NCBI GenBank assembly: GCA_963745625.1
Contig: CAVUXZ010000014.1
Coordinates: 162,787-226,786, forward strand
Direction: 5' to 3'
Source of the DNA: an uncultured Solirubrobacterales bacterium
Lineage (GTDB): Bacteria > Actinomycetota > Thermoleophilia > Solirubrobacterales > 70-9
Length of the DNA: 64,000 bases
Part shown: positions 1-11,467 of the stretch, in pieces
How positions within the stretch are numbered: the first letter of the stretch is position 1
Layout: each line of letters begins with the position of its first letter
Made by a program: the position numbers and the translations under genes
The notes under the pieces: model-generated
The model's database searches: none
Seen by the model: only the letters and a program-made list of their open reading frames with translations
What the model was told of the DNA's origin: nothing

Positions 1-385
1 TCTTCAGGAACAGGTCGTGGATCCGGTAAAGCTCGAAGACGGCGGCGAGTGGCGTCCTCCCGGCCAGGTCGCGGAGGCCCGGGATCATGCGAACCACGCC
101 GGCGATCCGCAGGATGATGCCCGTTAGCCAGGGTGGCGCGGCGATCCCTGCCCGCTGCACGCTCGCCAGGATCTCGCCGACGTCGTAGTGGGTGATGTAG
201 AGATCGTCGGGCTTGCCGGTGATCACCACGGCGCCGACCGAGTCGTCGCCATCCACCCAGCGGACGACTTCCTGGAGCTCGCGCACCATCTCGGCTGTCA
301 TGAAGTTGTGAGGCGGGTGGTCGATCCGAACGACAAGGACGCGGCCACGCCGCTCGGTGTCGAAGGTGCGGGCGATGGTCGAAAC
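1..385 (-). CDS. enoyl-CoA hydratase/isomerase (crotonase) family protein, partial (C-terminus lies beyond window edge)
   Basis: Own translation of the minus strand from ~385 to 1 reads STIARTFDTERRGRVLVVRIDHPPHNFMTAEMVRELQEVVRWVDGDDSVGAVVITGKP..., a typical crotonase N-terminus. It is absent from the ORF track because it runs off the window. No ATG/GTG/TTG at the expected start, so the 5' end is uncertain. Confidence 0.5.
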
Positions 386-386
386 C

Positions 387-1142
387 CTATGGCTCGCGGC
401 GCGCCACCTGGATCTCGCAGCGGTAGCGCAGCGCCAATGGCCCGTCCGCAGCGAGGCCGCGGACCCTCTGCAGCAGGCCTTCCCGCTCGGCCGGGTCGAG
501 CGCCGCGATCGCGCTTGTGGAGCCGACGCGGTCGGCGAGACCGTCGGCGTCCAGGCGCTGCTGATTGGGGAAGCTCCGCTCCTCGAGCGGGCCGAAGAGC
601 TCTGTGGCCTCGATCGGGCCGCGCCACTCCCCGGAGCGGTGGCGCGGGATCCCCCCCGTGTACGGAGCGATCAGCTCCTCGACCGCGGCCTGCCCCGGGT
701 CCTCGAGAAGCCGCACGTTCCAGACCAGGGCGAGGCGCCCGGCGGGTCGCAGGACGCGGTGGATCTCGGCGAGTGCCGTCTCTCCGTCGAACCAATGAAA
801 GGCCTGGGCGACAGTCACCGCGTCCGCCGAGCCATCAGGCAGCGGGATTCGCTCGGCGCTCCCCTCCAGGGTATGGATCGGAGGCTCGATCAGCTCTCGT
901 ATCCTCGCCAGCGGCTCGACCGCGATCACCTCGGCGCCTGAGGCGCGGAACTCCCTGCTCAGCTTGCCGGTCCCGGCCGCGAGGTCCAGGACATTCGCAC
1001 TCGTGTCGAGGCCGAGCCTCTCAACCAGCCAGGCGATCGCTTCGGGCGGGTAGCCGGGGCGACCGCGCTCATACGCCTGCGCGCCCTCGCTGAATCCCTT
1101 GGCCGCGATCCTGTGAACCACGACCGGACATGTTGCCGTCAA
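387..1142 (-). CDS. class I SAM-dependent methyltransferase
   Basis: 251-aa ORF with the SAM-binding motif VLDLAAGTGKL and a later acidic-loop pattern (AVEP, DAVTVAQAFHWF) typical of the Methyltransf_11/25 type. Confidence 0.8.
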   Translation of the reverse strand: MTATCPVVVHRIAAKGFSEGAQAYERGRPGYPPEAIAWLVERLGLDTSANVLDLAAGTGKLSREFRASGAEVIAVEPLARIRELIEPPIHTLEGSAERIPLPDGSADAVTVAQAFHWFDGETALAEIHRVLRPAGRLALVWNVRLLEDPGQAAVEELIAPYTGGIPRHRSGEWRGPIEATELFGPLEERSFPNQQRLDADGLADRVGSTSAIAALDPAEREGLLQRVRGLAADGPLALRYRCEIQVARREP

Positions 1143-1197
1143 GCGGGCCCGCTACCTGCAGGGATTGAACGTGCCGAAGGGATCGAGGTCGCGGACC

Positions 1198-2823
1198 CTA
1201 GGCGTCGAAGCCGACGTGCACGTGGTTGCAGTGGTCGGCCTGCGCAAAGCCATTGGGGTTGGCAGGGCCGTCGGGATCGAAGCAGTAGATGAGCTCGGTC
1301 GGCTCCTGGCCGGCGGGCAGGGCGCCGAGCTGGCGGGCGATCGTGCCACAGGGCCCGTCCGGTGACACGTCCGTGCAGGGCACGCCGTCGATGGCCGCGA
1401 TGTCCATGGCGCGGCCGTAGTAGTGGTTCGAGACGTTGCCGCTCGAGGTGAGCTTTGAGTGGTCGGAGCGCAGTGCGGAGATCGTGATCTGATGCTGCTG
1501 GCTGATGGCGCCGAGGATGTTGAGGATCCGCGGGTCGATCGCGCCCGATTGGATGTCGACCATCTCGAGCTGGTTGGAGAGCTCGACGTTGGCCCAGTTG
1601 ATCGGGGCGTTCGTCGGCCCCGGAAGCGCCACCGAGTACGCGACAGTCTTGACCTGGCAGCTGCCGGCCATCGCCTCCGCGTCCTTGAGGACGGCGTCCA
1701 CGTACCACTCGGCGTGGTTGTGCTGGAAGAGCCCGGCTCGCAGATCGCCCGCCGCCCAGATCATCCGGGCGAGCGTCGCCGCCGAGTCCGCGGGACTCGA
1801 GTGCTTGACCTTGCCGTCGCCGTCCCCATCGACGGCGTAGCGCTTCCAGTTGTCCTCGCTGATGCCGAGCGGGCCGGTCGAGGCGAGCTGCTCGGCGCTC
1901 ATCCCCTTGCCGAAGTTCGACTCGACGCGGGCGACGGCGGCGAGAGCCCAGACACCGGTTTGCCCGAGCTCATAGTGCCCGGCTGCGTCCTGGAAGGCCT
2001 TCATGTAGTCGTCGGGGATCGACTCGCGGGCGCCGGCCGCCGGTGCGCAGACCAGCTCCTGGCGCTTCGGGATCAGCGAGAGGCCGCCGACCGCGCCGTT
2101 CCCGATCCCGTTGAAGCAGGCCGCTCGTGCCATCACCTCGGCGACGTACCAGTCGGCATGGTTGTAGGCGAACACGGCGCCCTCGGGGTCCTCCGGCATT
2201 CCGGCGGCACGGAGGTACCGGGCGGCGGCAAAGATCGCGTCGTTCGGATCGTTGGGGTCCTCGGTGCCGTCGTGGTCGGCGTCCACGCCGTAGGTCGCCC
2301 AGGTGGAGGGCATGAACTGCATCCAGCCCTCCGCGCCGGCGGAGGAGGGACCGAGGTTCTGGCCGAAACCGCTCTCGATCTCGTTGATCGCGGCGAGGAT
2401 CGACGGCCCGGCGGGCCCGAGGTCATAGGCCTGTGCGGCGGCCTGGTAGATCGGGCCGAGGAAGGCTGGGACGGCGACCGGCCCGCACGCGGTGGGCATC
2501 AGCGGAGCGGGTGGCGTCGGAGCGCTGCCGCCCACCTTCGCGGCGCCCTTCTCCTTCTCGCCGCCCTTCGGCTTCGCTCCCCCGTTCGCCGGGGGCGTCT
2601 GCGGCGCCTTGTGCTGTGGCTCGACCTGCTTCTTGGGCGTCTTAGTCGCGGGTGGCAGCATCGGCGCCGGCGGCGCCGGCGGCGCCGGCTGGACAGGCGG
2701 CCCCGTGTCCGTGGTCGTCGTGGTGGGGTCGGGCTCGGTGGTGGTCGTCTGCGCCGCGGCCACGGGCGCGGCGATCGCCGCGCCCACGACCGTCGCTGCG
2801 ATGACCCTCTTGACCCGTCCCAT
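1198..2823 (-). CDS. secreted multidomain peptidoglycan hydrolase (2 x SLT-like lytic transglycosylase modules + C-terminal LAS/M15-type zinc peptidase)
   Basis: Internal ATG at 2823 (MGRVKRVIAATVVGAAIAAPVAAA signal peptide), then a Pro/Thr/Lys-rich linker. Two E-S...MQF-type modules (NEIESGFGQN...GWMQFMPSTW; VARVESNFGKG). C-terminal SDHS...H..GRAMD...HCNHVHV zinc motif. The 788-aa track ORF is a composite. Confidence 0.75.
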   Translation of the reverse strand: MGRVKRVIAATVVGAAIAAPVAAAQTTTTEPDPTTTTTDTGPPVQPAPPAPPAPMLPPATKTPKKQVEPQHKAPQTPPANGGAKPKGGEKEKGAAKVGGSAPTPPAPLMPTACGPVAVPAFLGPIYQAAAQAYDLGPAGPSILAAINEIESGFGQNLGPSSAGAEGWMQFMPSTWATYGVDADHDGTEDPNDPNDAIFAAARYLRAAGMPEDPEGAVFAYNHADWYVAEVMARAACFNGIGNGAVGGLSLIPKRQELVCAPAAGARESIPDDYMKAFQDAAGHYELGQTGVWALAAVARVESNFGKGMSAEQLASTGPLGISEDNWKRYAVDGDGDGKVKHSSPADSAATLARMIWAAGDLRAGLFQHNHAEWYVDAVLKDAEAMAGSCQVKTVAYSVALPGPTNAPINWANVELSNQLEMVDIQSGAIDPRILNILGAISQQHQITISALRSDHSKLTSSGNVSNHYYGRAMDIAAIDGVPCTDVSPDGPCGTIARQLGALPAGQEPTELIYCFDPDGPANPNGFAQADHCNHVHVGFDA

Positions 2824-3450
2824 CAGCCCAGGACCTGGGCGACCCGCCACTCGTCGCCCGTCTTCGTCAGGGTGAGGCGAACCTCGCTGATCGCCCGCAG
2901 CCGGACGAGCGAGACGCTGGCGGTCACCTGCTCCTTGCCGGCACCGCCGAGCACGACATTCAGGACCCGGGCCCGCGGGACCTTGCCGCTGGCAGGGAGC
3001 CGCGGCGGATCTTTGGCGAGCGTCCTGGCAAGCGGCTTCGTCGCGGTCGCGTTCGACGGCGGTCTCCGTCTTCTTGCTCGACTGTCCGACCTCGTAGCCG
3101 ACGAAGGCCTGGGCGAACTGCCAGGCGACCTGGGCCGGAGGCGCCGTGGCCTTGGTGGGAGGCTGCGCCGGCGCCGCCGCCGCATGCCCGGCCTGGAACT
3201 GGGGAGTGACCCCCTGCAGAGCGACCGCGTCGGAGCGGGCGGGCGCCGCCGTCACGGAGGCGGCCGGAAGCGTGTGGTGGGCGGCCGGATGATGATTCGA
3301 GGCGCTGATCGCCCCACCAGCCACCGCGGCGACCGCCAGAGTCGCCGCCCCGCCAGCGATCGCCGCGCGCGTCATTCCGCCCCGCCTTCGGAGCGCGTCG
3401 CCGACCGGCCAGGTGAGCCTGGTCTGGATCAGCCTCTGGAGCGGCTCCAT
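2823..3450 (-). pseudogene. membrane-anchored hypothetical protein with an apparent frameshift near 3040-3075
   Basis: Protein-like sequence in frame A (MEPLQ... or MTRAAIAGGAATLAVAAVAGGAISA TM helix ...QVAWQFAQAFVGYEVGQSSKKTE) continues in frame B (ATATKPLARTLAKDPPRLPASGKVPRARVLNVVLGGAGKEQVTASVSLVRLRAISEVRLTLTKTGDEWRVAQVLG*). The stop overlaps the downstream ATG in ATGA at 2821-2825. Confidence 0.45.
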
Positions 3451-3669
3451 GGCCCTACCCGTGCGCTCGATCGCGTCACGGGAGGCGTCGCTGCCGCGCC
3501 ACAGAACCCTCTCCTCGAAGCCCCATGCGGCCTCGCGGATTCCCGTTGGATGAAGCCTCATCATTGACCTATTCGTCCAGTCAGGGAGCTAGCCCGATAC
3601 CGAGAAGTTGGTCGATTGATCGGCTGAACCGCTACCGGATGCTGGCCGGAACGCGAACTGCAGGGAGGC

Positions 3670-6282
<2,613 letters not shown>

Positions 6283-6318
6283 CTCGGGTCATGGTAGCTG
6301 CTTTAGTCAAGAAAGCCA

Positions 6319-6346
6319 AAGAAATCTATGTCAGTGTGACTTAGAT
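6319..6346. promoter_or_regulatory. candidate heat-shock operator/promoter element upstream of clpB
   Basis: AT-rich island 37-64 nt upstream of the clpB ATG. The 21-nt block aagaaatctatgtcagtgtga (6319-6339) matches 17/21 with a block upstream of dnaK. It overlaps an imperfect 23-bp palindrome atctatgtcagtgtgacttagat (6324-6346). Confidence 0.35.
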
Positions 6347-6454
6347 ATGTGGAAGGCTCGGGCGCCGGTGTCGGGCTTCCGAATTTAGGGTGGCGACGCC
6401 TGACCTGCCCGTCTAGGATGGGCCATGGAGCGGATGGGGTCAAGGAAGACTGTG

Positions 6455-6874
6455 ATGACCAACGTCGAGATCTTTCAACGCGTAATCGAGGCGTTCAATC
6501 GCGACGGGGTGGACGGGGTCCTCCCGTACTACTGGGACGACGCCGAGGTCTACGACCCCGATCTTCCGCCGGGGACCTATCGGGGTCGCGAGGCGGTAAG
6601 CCTGGTGATCGAAATGCTGATCAGCGGTTTCGAGGACGTCGAGATCCGGGACTTCCGCCTGCTCCCCGCGGGCGATCGCGTCGTCGCCCTGTTGCGCACG
6701 CGCAGCAGGGGCGAGCGGGACGACCTGGAGGTGGAGACTCGCGACGCCCACACGATCACCTTCCGCGACGGCAAGATCACCTACTGGCGGATCTATCTGG
6801 ATCAGGCAGAGGCCCTCCAGGACGCCGGCCTCGATCCCCAGCTCGCCCGCAACGGCACCCGGTCGGCCTCCTAG
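6455..6874 (+). CDS. SnoaL-like / NTF2-fold protein
   Basis: MTNVEIFQRVIEAFNRDGVDG...ITFRDGKITYWRIYLDQAEAL pattern. AAGGAAG RBS 6 nt before the ATG at 6455. Paralogous in pattern to 44959-45354. Confidence 0.6.
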   Translation: MTNVEIFQRVIEAFNRDGVDGVLPYYWDDAEVYDPDLPPGTYRGREAVSLVIEMLISGFEDVEIRDFRLLPAGDRVVALLRTRSRGERDDLEVETRDAHTITFRDGKITYWRIYLDQAEALQDAGLDPQLARNGTRSAS

Positions 6875-6912
6875 CCCGTCCCTACGCTGAGCGCGTCGGG
6901 ATTCCCGCGGCG

Positions 6913-7158
6913 ATGCTCCGAAAGATTCGCGTCGTGCTCTTCGCCGTGGTGTTGTTCGCGCCCATGGCGGCGGGCGGTCGCTCCGCGGCCGATCAGCATC
7001 AGACGAACGGTCAGCCCGGTTCGGCGAGGCAGGGCTGGCCGCGGATCGACTACCCGGCGCCGAGGGCCATCCGTCGCGCCCAGGAATTCGCCGCCTCGCG
7101 CGGCGACGTCTCCTTCGCGGTGATGGATGATTCGATCGGCCTAGGCGAAGCCGGTTAA
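6913..7158 (+). CDS. short secreted protein, possibly the N-terminal remnant of a serine-hydrolase/beta-lactamase-like gene
   Basis: MLRKIRVVLFAVVLFAPMAAG signal peptide, then ...AIRRAQEFAASRGDVSFAVMDD, which resembles the start of larger actinobacterial serine hydrolases. It ends after 81 aa, overlapping the hspR 3' end. Confidence 0.3.
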   Translation: MLRKIRVVLFAVVLFAPMAAGGRSAADQHQTNGQPGSARQGWPRIDYPAPRAIRRAQEFAASRGDVSFAVMDDSIGLGEAG

Positions 7159-7631
7159 CCGCTGCGCCTACGTATCGGTATCCGGGTGGACTCGCGGGAC
7201 CCGGCCAGCCTCTCGGGCTCGTAGGCGCCGTAGGGGACGAGCTCGCCACCGAGCGATCGGCGCAGCTTCTCAAGCTCCTGGGTCATCCGGTTCTCCATCT
7301 CGGTCGCTTGCTTGCGCATCCTCGCAATCTCGGCACGCATCCGCTCCAGGCGCCGCTCGAGCTCGAGCACCGTTTCGACGCCGGCCAGGTTGAGGCCCTC
7401 CTGGCTGGTCATCTGCTGGATCCGCCGCAGCCGCTCGACGTCGGCCTGCGAGTAGAGGCGGGTGTTCTTCGGGGAGCGCTTGGGGGTGATCAGGCCACGC
7501 GCCTCATACATCCGCAGGGTCTGCGGGTGCATCTCGGCGAGCTCGGCGGCGACCGAGATCATGAAGACGCCGCGCTCCTGGTCGATCCGCTCGCCCTCGC
7601 TCGGCTTCCTTCTGCTCGAGCCGCTAGCCAT
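7155..7631 (-). CDS. hspR: MerR-family heat-shock repressor HspR
   Basis: [51 protein letters not shown] region. It is the last gene of the dnaK operon, as in Streptomyces and Mycobacterium. Confidence 0.9.
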   Translation of the reverse strand: MASGSSRRKPSEGERIDQERGVFMISVAAELAEMHPQTLRMYEARGLITPKRSPKNTRLYSQADVERLRRIQQMTSQEGLNLAGVETVLELERRLERMRAEIARMRKQATEMENRMTQELEKLRRSLGGELVPYGAYEPERLAGSRESTRIPIRRRSG

Positions 7632-8778
7632 CAGCCTTCACTTTCCCCTCCGCGCCGGACCGAGCCGTCTGCCCGAGCAGCGAGGCGCGCGGATTCTGGC
7701 CGTTCAGGGCCTCGGCGAGCTTCTCGACCGCCTCCCGCTGTTCCTCGTTGAGCTCTTCCGGTACGTCGATCCGGATGCGGTAGTAGATGTCGCCGCGGCC
7801 CTTGCCCTTTGGGCGCGGAGGCCCCTCTCCACGCAGGCGCTGCACCGACCCATGCTGGGTGCCGGGCGCGACCCGGATGGTCTTGGTGCCGTCGAGGGTC
7901 GGGACCTCGATCTCCGCTCCCTGGATCGCCTCCGCGACGGTCACCGGCAGATCGACCTCGAGGTTGCCGTCCGGACGCTGCTTGAAGACGGGTGACGGCG
8001 CGACTCGGGTGGTGACATAGAGATCGCCCCGCGGCCCGCCCCGGTATCCGGATTCACCCTTGCCGGCGAGTCTGATCCGGCTGCCGTCATGGACGCCGGC
8101 CGGGATGTTGACCCGGTAGCGCTTGGTCTCTTCGGTGATGCCGCTGCCCTGGCAGGTAGGGCATGGGTCGTCGATGATCTCGCCCTGACCGCCACATTCG
8201 GGGCAGGGCTGTGAGATCGAGAAGAGCCCCTGGCTCTGGGCGTCGATGCCGGTCCCCTCGCACCGTGGGCAGACCCGCGGCGAGGTCCCCGGCTTGGCGC
8301 CGCTGCCGTGGCAGGTCGGGCACGACCCGGTGGTCGGAATCGAGACGGCGATCTGCGTGCCATGCATCGCCTGATCGAAGGAGAGGCGCACCTCGGTCTC
8401 CAGGTCTCGCCCGCGCTGCTCGCGCGGCCCCTCCTGACCGCGACCTCGGAAGAACGAGGAGAAGATGTCCCCGAGATCGGAGGCGAAGCCACCGCCGGGG
8501 ACGTTCCCTCCACCCTGGAAACCGCCACCCGGGAACCCTCCGGCGCCGAAGCCGGCGAATCGGCCGCCCGCGTCGTACTGCTTCCGCTTCTCCGGATCGG
8601 ACAGGGCGTCGTAGGCCTGCTGGATCTCCTTGAAGCGCTCCTCGGCCTCCGCATCGTCCGGGTTGCGATCGGGGTGCCATTTGCGGGCGAGCTCCCGGTA
8701 GGCCTTCTTGATCTCGTCCTGCGAGGCGGACTTGGAGACACCCAGCACTTCGTAGAAGTCGCGCGGAGCCGAGGCCAC
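7624..8778 (-). CDS. dnaJ: molecular chaperone DnaJ
   Basis: J-domain (DFYEVLGV...HPDRNP), G/F-rich region and four CxxCxGxG zinc-finger repeats. Confidence 0.95.
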   Translation of the reverse strand: MASAPRDFYEVLGVSKSASQDEIKKAYRELARKWHPDRNPDDAEAEERFKEIQQAYDALSDPEKRKQYDAGGRFAGFGAGGFPGGGFQGGGNVPGGGFASDLGDIFSSFFRGRGQEGPREQRGRDLETEVRLSFDQAMHGTQIAVSIPTTGSCPTCHGSGAKPGTSPRVCPRCEGTGIDAQSQGLFSISQPCPECGGQGEIIDDPCPTCQGSGITEETKRYRVNIPAGVHDGSRIRLAGKGESGYRGGPRGDLYVTTRVAPSPVFKQRPDGNLEVDLPVTVAEAIQGAEIEVPTLDGTKTIRVAPGTQHGSVQRLRGEGPPRPKGKGRGDIYYRIRIDVPEELNEEQREAVEKLAEALNGQNPRASLLGQTARSGAEGKVKADG

Positions 8779-9379
8779 TACCTGCTCACCACCACGCGCG
8801 CGGGGCGCAGCACCTGGCCGTTGAGCCGGTAGCCCTTCTCCACGGTCTCCAGGACGACGCCGGATTCGGTGCCATCGGCGGGTTGCGCAGAGAGCGCCTC
8901 GTGCAGCTTCGGGTCGAACTTCTCGCCGGTCGGATCGAAGGCCTCGACGCCGGCGTTGCCGAGCTTGGCGCGGAGCTCCTCGAGCACGAGCTCCACTCCT
9001 CGGACCAGTCCCTCGCGCGCCGAGGGATCGCTGCCGCTCTGCAGCGCCCGCTCCAGGTTGTCGATCACCGGCAGCAGCTCGCGGGCGAGCTCTGCCTTGC
9101 CGCGGGCGAGGGCGTCGGAGGTCTCCTTCGCCACCCGCTTGCGGTAGTTCTCGAAATCCGCCCGCGTTCGCTGGGCCAGCTCGAGGTACTCGTCGCGCTC
9201 GCGCTTGGCTGCACTGAGCTCGTCGAGATCACGCTCGACCTGATCCGCGGCGCCGTTTCCGTCGGACTCCTCGGGGGTGGAGGGTGGTCGACGACCTCCG
9301 CGTCGACGACCTCCTCATCACCCTTCACATCACGGGTCGCGCCTTCGCGCGCCCTGGCATCGCGCTGATCGTCAGTCAT
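8778..9379 (-). CDS. grpE: nucleotide exchange factor GrpE, reading frame interrupted by an apparent 1-nt indel at a C5/G5 run (9273-9277)
   Basis: The conserved GrpE helix ...[50 protein letters not shown]... has no usable start codon in its own frame (stop TGA upstream). An ATG ORF ([36 protein letters not shown]) in another frame meets it at CCACCCCCGAGG. Confidence 0.85.
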
Positions 9380-9388
9380 GCGCGCTCC

Positions 9389-11293
9389 CTACGAGGTCTT
9401 CTCGTCGTCGACGACCTCCGCATCCACGACCTCCTCCTCGTCGCCGGCGCCGTTCTGCGAGGCGCCGTCCGTCGAGGAGGCCTCCTGCTGCTCGGCCGCC
9501 TGCGCGTAGATCTGTTCGGAGACCTTCTGGAAGGCCGCCTGCAGCGCATCCGAGCGGGACCGGATCTCGCCCACGTCCTCGGAGGCGAGGGAGTCCCTCA
9601 CGTCCTTGATCGCAGTCTCGATCTCGTCCTTGGCGCTCGCGTCGACCTTGTCGCCCAGCTCGCCGAGCTGCTTCTCCGCCTGGTAGGCGGCGTTCTCGGC
9701 AACGTTGCGGGCCTCGGCCAGCTCGCGCTGGCGGCGGTCCTCGTCGGCGTGCGACTCGGCGTCCTTGATCATCTGCTCGACCTCGGACTCATCGAGCCCG
9801 GATCCGCCCTTGATCTCGATCTTCTGCTCCTTGCCGGTGCCGAGATCCTTGGCGGAGACGTTGAGGATGCCGTTCGCGTCGATGTCGAAGGTCACCTCGA
9901 CTTGAGGCACGCCCCGCGGCGCGGGCGGAATGCCCGTGAGCTGGAACTTGCCCAGGCTCTTGTTGCCGGAGGCCATCTCGCGCTCACCCTGGAGCACGTG
10001 GACCTCGACCGACGGCTGGTTGTCCTCCGCCGTCGAGAAGATCTCCGACTTCTTCGTCGGGATCGTGGTGTTGCGCTCGATCAGCTTGGTCATCACGCCG
10101 CCCTTGGTCTCGATGCCGAGGGTGAGCGGGGTGACGTCGAGCAGCAGTACGTCCTTGACGTCGCCGGCCAATACGCCCGCCTGGATGGCGGCGCCGATCG
10201 CGACGACCTCGTCCGGGTTGACGCCCTTGTGCGGGTCCTTGCCGGTCAGCTCCTTGACCTTCTCCTGGACCGAGGGCATGCGGGTCATGCCGCCCACCAG
10301 GACGACGTGGTCGATGTCCGTGCCGGCGTCGGAGAGGGCCTGCTTAACCGGGCCGACCACCCGCTCGAGCAGATCCGAGGTGAGCTCGGAGAGCTTCGCC
10401 CGGGTCAGCTTGATGTCGAGGTGCTTCGGACCGGCGTCGGTCGCGGTGATGAACGGCAGGTTGATCTGCGTCTCCTGCGTGGTGGAGAGCTCGATCTTCG
10501 CCTTCTCCGCGGCCTCGTAGAGGCGCTGCAGGGAGTTCTTGTCCGCAGACAGGTCGACGCCCTGGTCGCGCTTGAACTCGGCGACCAGCCACTCGACGAT
10601 CGCCTTGTCCCAGTTGTCGCCGCCGAGGTGGTTGTCACCCGCGGTCGACTTCACCTCAAAAACGCCGTCGCCGATCTCCAGGACGGAGACGTCGAAGGTG
10701 CCGCCGCCGAGGTCGAAGACCAGGATCTTCTGGTCGGCGGCCTCCTTGTCGAGCCCGTAGGCCAGAGCGGCCGCCGTCGGCTCGTTGATGATGCGCTTGA
10801 CGTCGAGGCCGGCGACCTTGCCGGCGTCCTTGGTCGCCTGGCGCTGATCGTCGTTGAAGTAGGCCGGGACGGTGATCACGGCCGAGTCGACGGGCTCGCC
10901 GAGCTTCGACTCTGCGTCCGCCTTGAGCTTCTGCAGGATCATCGCCGAGATCTCCGGCGGGGAGTACTGCTTGCCGTCCACGTCGATGCGGACGTCGCCG
11001 TTGGGGCCGGCGACGACCTTGTACGGGACGATCGTCTCCTCCTCCTTGACCTCTGACTCCTTCCGCCCCATGAAGCGCTTGATCGAGAAGATCGTCTTCT
11101 CGGGGTTCATCACGGCCTGCCGCTTGGCGACCGTGCCGACCAGGCGCTCGCCCGAGTCGGTGAAGGCGACGACCGACGGAGTCGTCCTGCCGCCCTCTGC
11201 GTTCTCGATGATTTCCGGCTCGCCACCCTCCATGGCCGCCATGGCCGAGTTGGTGGTGCCGAGATCGATTCCGATCGTCTTCGCCACTTTCAT
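9389..11293 (-). CDS. dnaK: molecular chaperone DnaK (Hsp70)
   Basis: [18 protein letters not shown] and other Hsp70 signatures. The likely true start is GTG 11287 (GGAGG 7 nt upstream) or ATG 11293. The track ORF start at 11347 is a TTG extension. Confidence 0.97.
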   Translation of the reverse strand: MKVAKTIGIDLGTTNSAMAAMEGGEPEIIENAEGGRTTPSVVAFTDSGERLVGTVAKRQAVMNPEKTIFSIKRFMGRKESEVKEEETIVPYKVVAGPNGDVRIDVDGKQYSPPEISAMILQKLKADAESKLGEPVDSAVITVPAYFNDDQRQATKDAGKVAGLDVKRIINEPTAAALAYGLDKEAADQKILVFDLGGGTFDVSVLEIGDGVFEVKSTAGDNHLGGDNWDKAIVEWLVAEFKRDQGVDLSADKNSLQRLYEAAEKAKIELSTTQETQINLPFITATDAGPKHLDIKLTRAKLSELTSDLLERVVGPVKQALSDAGTDIDHVVLVGGMTRMPSVQEKVKELTGKDPHKGVNPDEVVAIGAAIQAGVLAGDVKDVLLLDVTPLTLGIETKGGVMTKLIERNTTIPTKKSEIFSTAEDNQPSVEVHVLQGEREMASGNKSLGKFQLTGIPPAPRGVPQVEVTFDIDANGILNVSAKDLGTGKEQKIEIKGGSGLDESEVEQMIKDAESHADEDRRQRELAEARNVAENAAYQAEKQLGELGDKVDASAKDEIETAIKDVRDSLASEDVGEIRSRSDALQAAFQKVSEQIYAQAAEQQEASSTDGASQNGAGDEEEVVDAEVVDDEKTS

Positions 11294-11345
11294 TCCTCCA
11301 AAGCTTCGGATTGGCCTTCGAGCGTAGCCTTCAGGTGCGCCGCTC

Positions 11346-11366
11346 AAGAAATCTAAGTGAGAGTGT
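11346..11366. promoter_or_regulatory. candidate heat-shock operator/promoter element upstream of dnaK
   Basis: aagaaatctaagtgagagtgt shares 17/21 positions, including the 10-nt core aagaaatcta, with 6319-6339 upstream of clpB. In gene orientation TAGATTTCTT abuts a TTGAGC -35-like hexamer, followed by TACGCT. Confidence 0.35.
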
Positions 11367-11411
11367 GGCAGATGTATGCGGGGATGTAAACCCCCGTGGA
11401 CGTGAATCCGG

Positions 11412-11443
11412 AAAAGAGAGGCCGGGCGCGGGCCCGGCCTCTC
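11412..11443 (-). terminator. intrinsic terminator after the EEP-family gene
   Basis: Perfect 12-bp stem gagaggccgggc/gcccggcctctc with a 4-nt loop, followed on the minus strand by TTTT, 25 nt after the stop at 11468. Confidence 0.75.
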
Positions 11444-11467
11444 TCAGCTCGTGCTTCGGCCCTGGCC

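Noticed and set aside
188-1093. 301-aa and 194-aa plus-strand ORFs over the methyltransferase gene
   Set aside because: The Arg/Pro/Ser-rich translations overlap a motif-bearing minus-strand gene.
1198-3564. 788-aa ORF as a single gene
   Set aside because: It has an internal signal peptide with its own ATG at 2823, and the upstream portion turns to junk after ~3060. Better explained as two genes, the upstream one frameshifted.
9284-11056. 590-aa plus-strand ORF
   Set aside because: Antisense to dnaK, with the same GC-driven open frame. No motifs.
11294-11411. Canonical HAIR (CTTGAGT-N7-ACTCAAG) or CIRCE upstream of dnaK
   Set aside because: Only CTCA-N11-TGAG and a CTTGAG...CTGAAG near-miss were found, too weak to call. 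A different shared element is reported instead.
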